A stretch of 64,000 nt of DNA from Octopus bimaculoides (GCF_001194135.2 NC_068981.1:42942540-43006539), one strand, 5' to 3'. Counted from the stretch's first letter, positions 1 through 12,092 are shown. The notes: a model not told the origin generated them from the sequence alone. Translations and numbers: made by a program.

Positions 1-712
1 ATATATATATATATATATATATACATACAGATACATGTGTGTGTGTGTATTATTTATTATATACACACATTTATAAAGTTACATGTACTATTCTCTCTTC
101 TGTGTGTCTGTACGTCTGTTTCTCTCCTTATAACTCTCTTTTTGATGTGTTTTTTTTTATCAAAAATTCCCTGATCAAAGCAATTCTATTCCATCATCAG
201 CGTTGACATCATTATATTGAGTCTGTTGGCTTCATACTGAGCAAAACCACTAATATTAAAGTACCACTAATAAGAATGCTTTAACTGGTTCTTCCCATAT
301 TTTAGAAATGGCAAGCAAATCACCCTCATATGACATGGCTTGGAAAATGGGAAAACATTAAATACATTATATCTGGAGAAAAAGAAAGTGATGTGTTAGT
401 ATTTTAAAGTTGATGAAGTATGAAAATAGAGCATACAAATCTGAATATTGGTACTTGTTGAAAATGGTCACAATTTAGTGAGCCAGTCCTTAATCATCAG
501 GTCACTCAGAATAGGCAAAAACGGACACTAGAAAAATATGTTTCTATTCTGCCTGCATACTTCACTATCACATTCTACCCACTAAATGAAACTTCAACAA
601 TCCTTTGGTGTAAACTATGCCTGAAGATCAGCCTTCAACTAAACAAAATGTTGGATCCCAGCAGGCTGGCTAACTTAAGAAAAAGCATTCTCGAAGTAAT
701 ATATATATACCA

Positions 713-1530
713 CACTGGGCAACAAAAAACTTTTTCTGTTTGGTGCCTGGAATATTTCAACAAATTCTTAAGTGATTTTGTCTGCTAAATTCAAAGATAA
801 CTTCAGTTTTTCTTTACCAGATATAGTTTTCTGACTAGACCTGAGAGCGCAAGTATTTTATTCATAGAAGTGGCATATAATATGAATCAATAGAGTGTAA
901 CACAAAGCAAAACAAAGTACAAATAAAAATTCCAAATTGAAAACAAACGTTGGCAAAGATTTTTGGCAGAAAATCCAAGGAATAAATTCATGCTTCTTTG
1001 TGCACCGTGAATTTTGAGCAACAGGAGCATCTCATTTTAAACACCAGCAATAGTCTGCCATCATCACAGCATTCCAGCATCCTTGGTACTGAGTTTCCAT
1101 CTCCTTGATGTCCCGATGGAATCTTTTGTCTTGTTCATCACTGACATCTCCGAGATTTTCAGGAAAACGATCAAGATGGCTAAAAAGATAATGCATTTTG
1201 ATGCTCATATTTGAGCTAATATCACGAAAAATTGATATCAAATTTGTAACAAGGTGCTTATAGTTTTCATTTTGTGTTTCTCATGGAAATTTTGCACTAC
1301 TTCTGCAAAGGCTAGCCAAGCTGATGCTTCATTTTTTCTCATTGGTTTCATGAAATTTGTGTTCTTCAAGAGCTTATGGATCTGTGGTCCATCAAAAATC
1401 CCTGCTCTAAGTTTTTCAATCATCAAGTCTGGAAATACACTGCAGACATACTCGAAGCACTACCCATTTTAGTCAAGAACTTTGATGAATTGCTTGATCA
1501 ATCCAAGTTTGATGTGCAAAGTGGGGAAAA
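713..1530 (-). mobile_element. CMC/Chapaev3-like DNA transposon relic: C-terminal transposase part plus terminal inverted repeat
   Basis: Minus-strand frames give IIFPTLHIKLGLIKQF...IEKLRAGIFDGPQI...KMHYLFSHLDRFPENLGDVSDEQDKRFHRDIKEMETQYQG...MMADYCWCLK, with stops and frameshifts. Terminus CACTGGGCAACAAAAAA at 713. Superfamily name is from recalled motifs. Confidence 0.8.
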
Positions 1531-1531
1531 T

Positions 1532-2299
1532 GATAATATCTGTAGTAAGGAAAAGGAAACATATATAACGAAAGTGTAATTAGCTAGTAAAGGGAAAAAA
1601 CGTGCAAGAATATAAGGAAAAAAAAACCCATATCACTTAACTTAACAAGGAAACTTGGTTAACTGAGGTACTATCCAAAGCAAAGAAATATATACTATGT
1701 GTATCGTAATAGGATATAAGTTCAGGTAGTGAGCTGCGATAGCCTTGTGTTTAATACTCTGCTAATAGTTATACACTAACCTTAGTCTTTTTATACTTAT
1801 TGTTTAAACCTTCAGCAGTAATTAGTCTTGCTAATACGTAGGTCTTGATTACACATAGTTTGAGATAATATCAACTTTCTACCTTGGAGACGCTTTATAA
1901 GTCCACCGTAATACTACCGTCCTTACTTTTTGTCATTTTTAGTTATTGTATATTACTTTTACATGTTTGCTCCCATCACTTATTTCACTATTTTTTCTTC
2001 TACTCTTTTACATAGCAGCATAATATCGTTCTACGCACTTACCTTATCGTTTCTTCTTAGTTTTTCTTCCCTTTTCTCCTTCCACGCCATGCTGTCTCGT
2101 ATCCCACGTGTTTTAGTTCTAAACGTCAGTTTGACATTTGTGATCACGTGATACACATAGTATATATATTTCTTTGCTTTGGATAGTACCTCAGTGAACC
2201 AAGTTTCCTCATTAAGTTAAATGATGTGGCTTTTTCCCTTTAGTAGCTAATCACACTTTCGATATATATGTTTCCTTTTCCTTATCTACAGATATTATC
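1532..2299. repeat. Inverted repeat: arms 1532-1705 and 2150-2299, ~444-bp spacer
   Basis: Left arm GATAATATCTGTAG...GGAAACTTGGTTAACTGAGGTACTATCCAAAGCAAAGAAATATATACTATGTGTATC matches the reverse complement of 2150-2299 with few substitutions. The left arm has an extra ~24 bp. Confidence 0.9.
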
Positions 2300-3110
2300 T
2301 CCCCAATTGACGTTTTATGCCTTAAATTTGACAGATATTTATTACTATTTGATGTGGGTTATTATAAAACCTTGACAATTTCTTTTGTACTAAATGTTGC
2401 TTAAACGGACAGATTTTTATACTTATTTTATGCATTTTTAAATTTAAGATACGGTTTTTGAAATTACCGTTCCTGAAGAGTGTCCTCATATTGGGTGGTA
2501 TTTATCTTGTTCGATTCATTGTAGATTGAGCAGATATTTCCCACTGTTATGTGGCCATGAAACATGCATAGTCTTTCTCCCACCTTCGTTTCTTAAACGT
2601 AACCGATTTTAATTCTTTGTCCAATATTTCATAGATTTTATGTATTATAAATTCTCCCTTGGATTTTTTTAGATTTTTATACTAGTTTTGTATAGTACAC
2701 TTTTCTTGATGGTGTCTGATCTTCTTCTTCGTGCGAGTTGCACCATGGTGGTTCTTCTCTAAATTATTAAAATATTTTTCAATATACAACTCAATTTGAT
2801 ATTATCAAATTGTATTTCCTTGTAAGTTCGGATTTTGTAATTCCCTAACGTTATAATATATATATGTTTCGAATGGAAAGGAGCTGCTCTTTCACAGGGA
2901 TATATTTTATCCAAACATATACTGGTTTAGCTCCATATCGATTAATTTTAGTTGGAATTCATTAATTTGTGTTAGTATTAGTGTTAACACTTATATCCCA
3001 GTAGTCATTATAGATATTTTCATCTATTCGATATAGTACACAAATTTTAATAATATAATATAAAGAATAATGGAAAGTTTTTCCTGATTTTTTTCCTGTG
3101 TTCAAACTCT
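2150..3110 (-). mobile_element. Degraded Penelope-like retroelement 3' part (RT thumb / GIY-YIG region)
   Basis: Broken minus-strand translation contains DYWDISVNTNT, PNMRTLF and PFKQHLVQKKLSRFYNNPHQNSNKYLSNL. These resemble Penelope FLDVTL, SCMPNMKSI and FKxRYNNHKxSF...STxLS motifs. The fragment ends in the inverted repeat, a typical pseudo-LTR arrangement. Confidence 0.5.
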
Positions 3111-3149
3111 CCATTTTACCTTATATATACTCTTTTAACTTTTATTCTT

Positions 3150-3520
3150 TTAATTGTTTCAGTCATTTGACTGCAGCGATACTGGAGCACTCCCTTTATT
3201 TGAATAAATCGAACCCAGGACTTATTCTTTATGAGCTTAGTACTTATTCTATCGGTCTCTTTTGCTGAAGTTACGGGGACGTAAACATACAAGCACCAGT
3301 TGTCGAGCAATGGTGGGGCAACAGACACAGACACACAAACATACACACACACACATATACACACATATATATATGTACGATTGGCTTCTTTCAGTTTTTG
3401 TCTACCAAATCCACTCACAAGGCTTTGGTCAGCTCAAGAAGACATTTCCCCAAGGTGCCATGCAGTGGGACTGAACCTGGAACCATGTGGTTGGGAAGCA
3501 AGCTTATCTCACAGCCACTC
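3150..3520 (-). mobile_element. tRNA-headed SINE, family A (full length)
   Basis: Reverse complement of the 33113-33542 element: head, internal (TA/TG) microsatellite and GACTGAAACAA-type tail. Confidence 0.85.
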
Positions 3521-3525
3521 CCATT

Positions 3526-3582
<57 letters not shown>

Positions 3583-3751
3583 TTTTCAGTCCTTTGACAG
3601 TGGCCAATCTGGAGCACAGCTTTGAAGGAGTTTAGTTGAATTAATCGACTGCAGATTTATTTTTGAAGCCTAGTGCTTATTCTCTCGATCTCTTTTGCCG
3701 AACTGTATAAGTTATAGAGATGTAAAAACACCAATTGTCAAGCAGTGATGG

Positions 3752-4778
3752 GGAACATGCGTAGGCTTGAAAGAAATGAAGCTAGTATGATCCGTTTGAT
3801 GTGTAATGTCAGTGTGCATAAATGACATAGTGTAAGCACCCCGAGAGAAAAGTTGGGCATAAGAAGCATCAAATGTGGTGTGCAAGAGAGATGACTGTTC
3901 TAGAATGGTCATGTGTTATGTATGAATGAAGACAGCTGTGTGAGGAAGTGCTACTCCCTAACTGTAGAAGGAACCTGTGGAAGAGGGAGACCCAGGAAGA
4001 CATGGGATGAGGTGGTGAAGCATAACCTTGAAACATTGGGCCTCAGAGAGGCAATGACAGGAGACCAGGACCTTTGGAAATATGCTGTGATTGAGAAAAC
4101 CCGGAAACTAAAGTGAGATTGCAGCCATGCATGTCTAGCCCTATTAAGAATACTCCTGATGTGTCGGGCGATATGATATGCTTTAGAAGACCTGTTGAGT
4201 CAAGCAAAACCAATACCATAACTGGAGCTGGTGCCTGCTGACTGGCTCCCATGCTGGGGGCATATAAAAAGCACCATCTGAATGTGGTCGATGCCAGGAT
4301 TGCTTGACTGGCTCCTGTGCCGGTGGCATGTAAAAAACCCCAACTGATCCGTGACCGATGCCAGTACCCCCTGACTGGCATTTGTGCCGGTGGCACGTAG
4401 AAAGCACCATCTGAACATGCTCATTGCCAGGCCCACCATACTGGCTCCGGTACCGGTCACACATAAAAAGCACCAACTGATTGTGACCAATGCCACTACC
4501 CCTGACTGGCTCCAGTGCTGGTGGCACATAAAAAGCACCATCTGAGCATGATCATTGCCAGGCCTGCTTTATTGGCTCCTGTGCCAGTGGCACGTAAAAA
4601 GCACCCACTACATTCTCGGAAGGGTCGGCATTAGGAAGGGCATCCAGCTGTAGAACTCTGCCAGATCAGATTGGAGTCTGGTGCAGCCACTGGCCCTCCG
4701 ACCTCAGTCAAACTGACCAACCCATGCCAGCATGGAAAACTGACGTTAATCGATGATGATGATGATGATGATGATGAT
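3752..4778 (+). mobile_element. 5'-truncated RTE-clade LINE: ORF C-terminus, 3' UTR with tandem array, (GAT)n tail
   Basis: MRRLERNEASMIRLMCNVSV...GHVLCMNEDSCVRKCYSLTVEGTCGRGRPRKTWDEVVKHNLETLGL (stop at 4116). GRGRPRKTW is a typical RTE C-terminal motif. It is followed by the GGCATTAGGAAGGGCATCCAGC tail and (GAT)n. Confidence 0.85.
4241..4605 (+). repeat. Tandem array of six ~66-bp units in the RTE 3' UTR
   Basis: Units start at 4241, 4307, 4374, 4440, 4505 and 4571 with consensus ACTGGCTCCTGTGCCGGTGGCACRTAAAAAGCACC. Spacers alternate between two types. Confidence 0.9.
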
Positions 4779-4829
4779 ATACCATAAAATGAGTTGTACC
4801 TGGAATAACATGAAGCTGAAGAAGAGAGC

Positions 4830-5290
4830 TTCACTAAGTTGCAGAGATTTTGTCAGTATGAAAAGAGACAATAATTTTTACTGCAATTGAAAGCAATTAG
4901 ATGAAGAACTATACATGAATGAAATAGAAATTACTGCAGTACCAACAAAAAGAGAAATGAATTCTGGATAGGACAATGAGCAGCAAATAAGTCACTACAG
5001 AGAAGATTGTTCAACACAATGGACTCAGCACCTAAATATTTGTGGGAAGCCAATACAAGAAATAACTAACCCTGATGCTGCAGCAATCAAACAACCAGAA
5101 GTTATGAAGACATGATAGCTATATAATAAAATTTTGAAGGAGCCAGCAACAACACCTAAATGATTCACTGAATTAAAAAAAAAACATTCTAAAACCAAGA
5201 ATTTGAAAGCTCTAAAAATCTATTGGATTATAATTTGCCTTCCTACAGCACAGATAAACTTAACAGCAATAACATTCTTTCAGATCATCA
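4830..5290 (+). pseudogene. Very degraded Dong/R4-type LINE fragment (region upstream of the RT core)
   Basis: Weak similarity to the PxKEExxxFW and KAPGxD regions; many stops. It is collinear with the clearer fragment at 6150-6540. Confidence 0.3.
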
Positions 5291-5309
5291 ATTTTCTTAG
5301 GTGAAGGGA

Positions 5310-5690
5310 ATACTCAATTACATTGGTCCTTGTCTTCAACTGATGCTTATGTTATTGATACTGAAAGGATGAAAGACAAAGTTGACTGTGGCAGAATTTG
5401 AACTCAGAACATAAAGAGCCTGAAGAAATGCAGCTAAAAATTGTGCCAGTTCACTGCCTTATTAGCAGGAACAATATTGGTTTGAAATTTTGGAACAAGG
5501 CCACCAATTTTGGGGGAGGGGAAAAGTCAATTACATCGACCCCAGTACTCAGTTGGTACTTATTTTATTGACCTCAAGAGGATGAAAGGCAAAGTCAACC
5601 TCGGCAGAATTTGAACTCAGCACGCGAAGATGGACGAAATGCTGCTAAGTATTTTGCCCAGCCTGCTAACGATTCTGCCAGCTCACTTAC
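5310..5690 (-). mobile_element. Two tandem SINEs, family C
   Basis: Reverse complement of GAGCTGGCAGAATCGTTAGCA...GAGTTCAAATTC...GGTTGACTTTGCCTTTCATCC...AATAAGTACC, present twice head-to-tail. Confidence 0.8.
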
Positions 5691-5709
5691 TTTATCAACA
5701 AAAATAATA

Positions 5710-6085
5710 TTCTTTTATTCTTTTATTTGTTTCAATCATTTGACTGCGCCTTTAGTCAAAGAAATTGACCCTAAGATTTGTTTGTAAGCATAGTACTTAT
5801 TCTAATTGTCTCTTTTGCTGAACCGCTAGGTTATGGGGACATAAACACACCAGCATCGGTTGTCAAGTGATGGTGTGGGGAGGACAAACATAGACACACA
5901 AGCATATACGCACATATATACAACAGGCTTCTTTCAGATTCCATCTACCAAATCCACTCACAAAGCTTTGGTCGGCCCGAAGCTACAGTAGAAGACACTT
6001 GCCCAACGTGCCACGCAGTGGGAAGAGAACTTGGAACCATGTGGTTGGTATGCAAGCTACTTACCACACAGCCACTCTTGTGCCT
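5710..6085 (-). mobile_element. tRNA-headed SINE, family A
   Basis: Matches the family A head and tail along its length. Confidence 0.85.
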
Positions 6086-6149
6086 ATGAAAACAATTAAA
6101 CACTGAAAATAAAAAGTAAAAAAAGAAACACTTCTTTCCACTGGTAAAA

Positions 6150-6540
6150 AATGTTGGCAGGAAAGGCTTATAGAGATATAAAGATCAATTATTTACCAAC
6201 AAAGCCTTAACAAAAGACTGCAAGAGGACAAAGAGTCTGAGCATGGCATGCATTAAAAACTACAAAGCTTTTGACAGTGTTCTCAGTAAATGAATACTGA
6301 GAATGTTAGCCATAGGTAAGGTATCCATGATTAATGTAACACTAATAATAAAGAGATACATTAAATATATCATGAGTAACTGACAAACAATTTTGCAGAA
6401 GTTAAACACTACAAATAATAAACAGCTAAAAATACTGCTGAAAGCAGTACACAGGTTTACAAAAGGAATTGATAGGAGATTTTGATTAGCAAAATGCACC
6501 AAGGAAACCTTGAAGGGAGGAAAATAAGAATACAAATATC
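6150..6540 (+). pseudogene. Dong/R4-type LINE reverse transcriptase relic
   Basis: KDQLFTNKALTKDCKRTKSLSMACIKNYKAFDSV and LKILLKAVHRFTKGIDRRFxLAKCTKETLKGGK resemble R4/Dong KDQLLIDKAI...LSMAWIDYKKAYDMV and FSxDIGMEFGLDKCA...KRGK. Confidence 0.65.
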
Positions 6541-6839
6541 ATACATGCTAGATAAAAAAAAAAAAAACAGAGATAAGAGAATTAGACTAAACACAAACTT
6601 ACAAATATTTTTGAATCAATGAACTACGCAAAATGCAATGCTCAAACGAAAGAAAGCTTTTTGGAAAACTACTAAACGTGCTTTTGATTAATACATAAAA
6701 CAGAGTTAATCAGTGAATGTTTTTAAACTTAAAAGCTTTGTATTCTCTTAGTCACTCTGATGTCTGTTAACTACAGGTAAGACTTTGTTTTACTGAGGGA
6801 GTATAAAAAGACTGCAACAACTTAAGAGTTGTCACTCTT

Positions 6840-7062
6840 TAATCTTTTACTCTTTTATTTGTTTCAGTCATTTGATTGCGGCCATGCTGGAGCACCGCCT
6901 TTAGTTGAGCAAATCGACCCCAGGACTTATTCTTTGTAAGCCTAGTACTTATTCTATCGGTCTCTTTTGCCAGACTGCTAGGTTAGGGGGATGTAAACAC
7001 ACCAATATTGGTTGTCATGCGATGGTAGGGAGGGACAAACACAGACACACACACTGATGCAT

Positions 7063-7094
<32 letters not shown>

Positions 7095-7264
7095 GACAGG
7101 CTTCTTTCAGTTTCTGTCTNNNNNNNNNNTATTCTTTGTAAGCCTAGTACTTATTCTATCGGTCTCTTTTGCCAGACTGCTAGGTTAGGGGGATGTAAAC
7201 ACACCAATATTGGTTGTCATGCGATGGTAGGGAGGGACAAACACAGACACACACACTGATGCAT

Positions 7265-7296
<32 letters not shown>

Positions 7297-7455
7297 GACA
7301 GGCTTCTTTCAGTTTCTGTCTACCAAATCCACTAAGAAGGTTCTGGTCAGCCCGAAGCTAAAGTAGGAGACATTTTCCTAATGTGCCATGCAGTGGGACT
7401 GAACCCTGAAACATGTGGTTGGTAAGCAAGCTTCTTACCACACAACCACTCCTAC
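6840..7455 (-). mobile_element. Family A SINE with a 192-bp duplication across a 10-N gap
   Basis: 6928-7119 is identical to 7130-7321, including CA repeat count; N at 7120-7129. Confidence 0.85.
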
Positions 7456-8744
7456 ACCTGTTACTTTATTTGACAATGATCAAACACTTTGTCACTGTAT
7501 GACCACATTTGGATTTTGGTGATGTCTCATTGACTTTCTTAGCAAGAATTATCATTAACACTAATAAGTTTTCTTTTCTATATGAGTATAATTTTGTTTG
7601 ATTCAACATTTAAAGAATTTGAAATATGTTAGCCTTATTACTGTTGAGCATTATTTCATATCAATAATTGTGCTAACGATATAGATACCACTTGCATTGA
7701 TTATATAGAGTGTAGAAGTGGAATAAAACCAAACAGTGTAAATAATATCACCAACTTATATCCATGTTCTGTTAGGATTAAACAAGAAATCGACAATGTA
7801 TGTAAATATACAGGCTATATCATGAAATGGCATGTGACATTACCTGGAACAGACTGCAGTAGCTACTAGAGATAACAATGTTTAAAAGTAGCACACGCTC
7901 TTAAATACCAAACATAGATTAACAGTAGCTAAAAGTAATGTACCGAGGCAAACTGAATATCACAATATATCAATTCCTGTTGGTATTTGTAAGCTGAATT
8001 CCTTTCTTTATGCTTGCATTCTCTTAGCTATTTAAATTTCTGCATTAAATAATTAATAATATAAGAGCTACCAAAATAGAGTAGAATATTAGAAGGCTAA
8101 ATTAAGATATAGAATAAACACTTTATGTAACAAGGAGAGAAAGATAAGCCTGATGTCTCTAGATAATCTTCCAAGAAATGTTAAGAATACATAGCTAAAC
8201 AACTATGCTTCTAAATAATCCTTCTATAAAAATTCAGAAGAGCATTATAATGAAGAATGACATAAAGAAGGAATAAATATGACTGCAAATCAAAGGGTAC
8301 CCACCTTAAATAATTAGATGAAATGATTGAGCTTTAGGGGAACATGGCATTTTTAAAACTACTCTTTTGAAAATAGAATGATATGTAATAATAATATACA
8401 AATAAATAAAATAAAACAGTATGTAGAGATACTTTACTGAACAATGTGGGGTAAAAATATAGAAAAGGATAAAACACTTATATTTTATCCTGTATCTTTA
8501 TTTGCTTCATTCATTGGACTATGGCCATGCTGGGGCACTGTCTTGAAAATTTTTGGTCAAATAGATTAACCCCAGAACTTAATACGTTTGGTACTTATTC
8601 TATCAGTCACTGTGCTGAAGTGCTATGTTACAGGGCCATAAAAAAAGAACCAGCACCAGTTGTCAAGTGGTGTGGAGGGAGACAAACACAGTAACAAAGA
8701 CACACATATATACACACAGAGCAAAAGAAAATCACTACATCAGA

Positions 8745-9489
8745 CAGATCTAAAATGCTATTAAACAAACTGAAAAATCCAGCAGAAGAAGATTTGATTT
8801 GGTTTTTCTCAAACATGAAAAACTTCGACCAAGGTCAAATAGTTAACTACAAGAAATGACAGATAGTTATGTGCAGACCCTTCTGAAGTTCCAAGTGTTA
8901 TGCATACAAAATTTCCTGCAACTGTCACGGTTTTAAGGGTTGTCAGCAATGAAGGATATGGATGCCTCTTTACCTCTTTCCACAAGGTCTTAGAGTTAAC
9001 TCTGCCATTGACACTGAGGGCCTGGAAATAATTGTTAAGTCTTGAATAGACAGTGTATACAATGGAAGGCCATATGTATTTCAGTAAGACTCTGCACTAT
9101 CACACATGGCTCTAGTAACACAGGAATGGATGGCTGAAAATTTTCATGATCACATAACCTCTAATTCTCAATCCATTGGACTATTACATGTGGAGCATTG
9201 TTGAGAGAGAGGTCAGTGAGCACGCTCATAACACCAAAGGTTCTCTGAAAGCTGCCATAGTCAGAGTAATGTTCAAAATGAACCAGGACCAATTGATTCG
9301 AGCATGTAGATGATTTAGATCTCATATAGAAGCAGTTGTTGAAGCTGAAGGTGGCTTTATTGAATAACATTATAGAAAAGAAGGTTTATTTTTGTCCTCA
9401 TAGCAGTTTTTGATAATGTTGTTATCTATTATTATATAGCTGTTTTTTGTAAACATAAATCTATCCTCAAATACCTTATGCACCCTGTA
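8745..9489 (+). mobile_element. maT/Bmmar1-like (DD37D) Tc1/mariner relic, 3' portion
   Basis: LLNKLKNPAEEDLIWFFSNMKNFDQ, MHTKFPATV, SNPLDYYMWSIVER and AVVEAEGGFIE*. The terminus CCTCAAATACCTTATGCACCCTGTA resembles 45066-45092. Confidence 0.85.
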
Positions 9490-11109
9490 CACACCCTGTA
9501 CACACATAAAGTAAACAGAAAATAGAGAAATATTGATCAACAACAATTAACTTACATCAATTATTATTTTTTAAAATTCAATACAAATAGACTTTATCCC
9601 ATCTTAACAACTGTTTGTTTCTGCTTCCAATGTTATATGGTATTGCCAGTGATATTCTAAAAATAATATTCATCATATTTGGTAATAAATCCGATCTGGA
9701 AAATGGAGCTTCATCAGAGTGAAGGAAAATATGTGCATAAAAGAAAAGAAGAAGAGTCTCGAGAGGAAAAGGAAAGGTTTTCGCTTATGTGTCACTTTGG
9801 GATGTTGAGTAAATGTCTAAACTTAAAATAGTAATTGGTGGGTTAATATTTCTATGGGGGTAATAGGGTGAATAAGTAATGAAAAAGTAAAAATAAAAAA
9901 AAATTACAATAATGGGATACACCAATAGGTTTAGTCAAAGAGGGAGTGAGGGTGCCATAATGTTTTGAAGTAATCTAGTAGTTCACTACTAGATATTGGT
10001 CAGCCTGGGGTTATAATAGAAGTCACTTGCTTAAAGTGTTATGTAGTGTGACTGAACCAGTTTGCAAAATGACCTTCTTAACCACACAGCCATTTTAGAA
10101 TTTGTTTTTGGTGAAGAATCTATGTACAACAAAAATTATAGAGACTTAGAAAATTATATGAAAACAGAAATTTGAAAACCATTCGTAAATGATTATTGTA
10201 TGATAGTATGCGATTTGAGACTTCCTCTAACCAATTTTGAAAATTGTAAAATCTTGGTATTGGTAATTTCCAAAATTATTAGAAGTGATTGTAAGACATA
10301 CTTCAACTCCAGATATTAACCTTCACCTATTCTTGGATAATTTAGAACAAATACCAAGACAACTTTTACTTGGAGAATATAGATGGCCCATCTATTTACT
10401 CTCTATCAACATCTTGCGAGTAGTCTAATAATTATCCCTGAAACATTCTTCCAAAATGATTAAACATTTACAAAAGAACAAGTAATTTTCTGTAGGGCAG
10501 AAGAGATATATACTGAAAGCATGTGGAATAATTAGCCAGTTCTTCATTAATAAAGGCACCTGATTATAAGAAAGTATGGAGAACCCATGAAAGAGCCTAT
10601 ATATCACTGCTCAAGCTACAAATAAAAAAAAAAATAGCCAAATCACCTTCAAATTCCTCTGGACGGAAAAAAGGACCCATCGAGATGTACTAGACATACT
10701 ATGACTAAAATAAAAGTCTGTACATTTATGGTGTAATGCTTTTAATGATAATCTACTATTTAGAGCTAATTTGGATTACACAATAATGAAAGCTTCCCCC
10801 TACCACACCAATTATCTATTTTTGATCAACAACAACTGTTAATCTCAGTTTTACATGAATGTTTTCTAGGATATTTAAAGCAATAGTTCATTTGGTCTTC
10901 AGTTAGCTAACAAAAATCCAAAAGAAGAAGAATTACTAGGTACATTCCCCAGCTCTACTTCATATGTAGCCTAAAATCGTTTTTTTGAAAATGTTGCCAT
11001 ATAAGTCTCTGCAGTATTGCCATGTAATTTAGTAGAGACATTGAAATATCTTTTGGTTTGGTAAAATGAAAGAATCAAATAATGTGGTTTATTTGCTTAA
11101 ATGACATGA

Positions 11110-11530
11110 TTAGGAATAATACAGGAACTGGATAACTCTGATTCCTACAGACATTTGGACAAAGTTGATAGCAAGACTAGATGCCAAATATATTTGAATG
11201 AGAATAATAACTATTATTTTGACAGTTGAAAACATTTTTGAAACTTTTGAAAAGAAGAAAATGATGAATGCTATTAATATAGTTGTAATATGAGTAATAA
11301 CATATGATTTAGCAGTGTTGGAGGAGAATCCAATAGAGATGGACATTACAAACCACCACACAAGAAATCTAAGAAAATATACCATATATCATAAGTATGA
11401 CATCTAATAATTCTATTCCTATGGAAAAAAGGACTTTCATGTGTCAGAGTGTATTGTAGCTCTAAAAAAATGAAAAGAGTAACCAGGAGTATATAAAAAT
11501 ACTTTGCTATGTTTGTATTTCCAAGTATAT
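11110..11530 (+). pseudogene. Dong/R4-type LINE RT C-terminal relic
   Basis: GIIQELDNSDSYRHL, KKKMMNAINIVVIxVITYDLAVL and YHKYDI resemble IxELxxxxxYKYLG, NKIxAINxYAxPVITYSFG and HHPKSDV. Confidence 0.5.
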
Positions 11531-11916
11531 TTGGTAGGAGATAATGGGGCATGGAGCTGATGATGATGATATAAAAGCCCCTTGTGCCACTGTCTCCACA
11601 CATTTGATTTCAAATAATTCATTTCAGCCATTAAAAGCAAAAGCACTAAGTTTATTTATTTCACCATTCACTTCATCATCCAATAAATGGAAAGTTTTGG
11701 AAGTTAAGCATGTTAAAGGATGAATGGGCAACGTCACGCCTACATGAGATATATCAAAGATATTGCTGAATGCTAATCAAAGCTAGAGTTTTCCCTAAAT
11801 TTTCAGGGCAGCAGTGGTACAAAACTTTCAGGAGATTTTCATTGGAGAGAAATAGAAAGCCAATGAGAGGAGTTGCAGTAACCAATGCTAAAAATATGTG
11901 TCCGAGGCAGTATTAA

Positions 11917-12092
11917 TACCAAGAGGTAATAGTTATCCCCACTTAAATGTGGATGTTCTGTTATGACAAACTATACTGTGGTAAATACCATGAGAGAAAC
12001 TATGGGAGTTTCTCTCATGGTATCTATCACAGCAGAATTTGTTCTAAATGAACATCCACATTTAAGTGGGGATAAATATTACCTCTCAGTGT
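11917..12092. mobile_element. Foldback/MITE-like element: ~80-bp arms with a 5-nt loop
   Basis: GAGGTAATAGTTATCCCCACTTAAATGTGGATGTTC...TACCATGAGAGAAACT-ATGGG-AGTTTCTCTCATGGTA...GAACATCCACATTTAAGTGGGGATAAATATTACCTC; TA-like flanks. Confidence 0.7.

Noticed and set aside
1625-1665. Hammerhead in the inverted-repeat arms (TTAATGAGGAAACTTGGTT in the right arm)
   Set aside because: No stem II and no complementary stem I strands; the two arms disagree in the putative core.
4241-4605. CRISPR array
   Set aside because: Eukaryotic context; spacers are homologous to each other, there are no cas genes, and the array lies inside a LINE 3' UTR.
6928-7321. Biological tandem duplication of 192 bp
   Set aside because: The copies are identical, including microsatellite length, and flank a 10-N gap; this is typical of unmerged contig overlap.
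9556-9656. Minus-strand coding exon (good acceptor, GTAAGT donor)
   Set aside because: All three frames contain stops; it could only be non-coding, and there is no further support.
10260-10700. Additional LINE relic
   Set aside because: Purine bias suggests old coding DNA, but no diagnostic motif was recoverable by eye.
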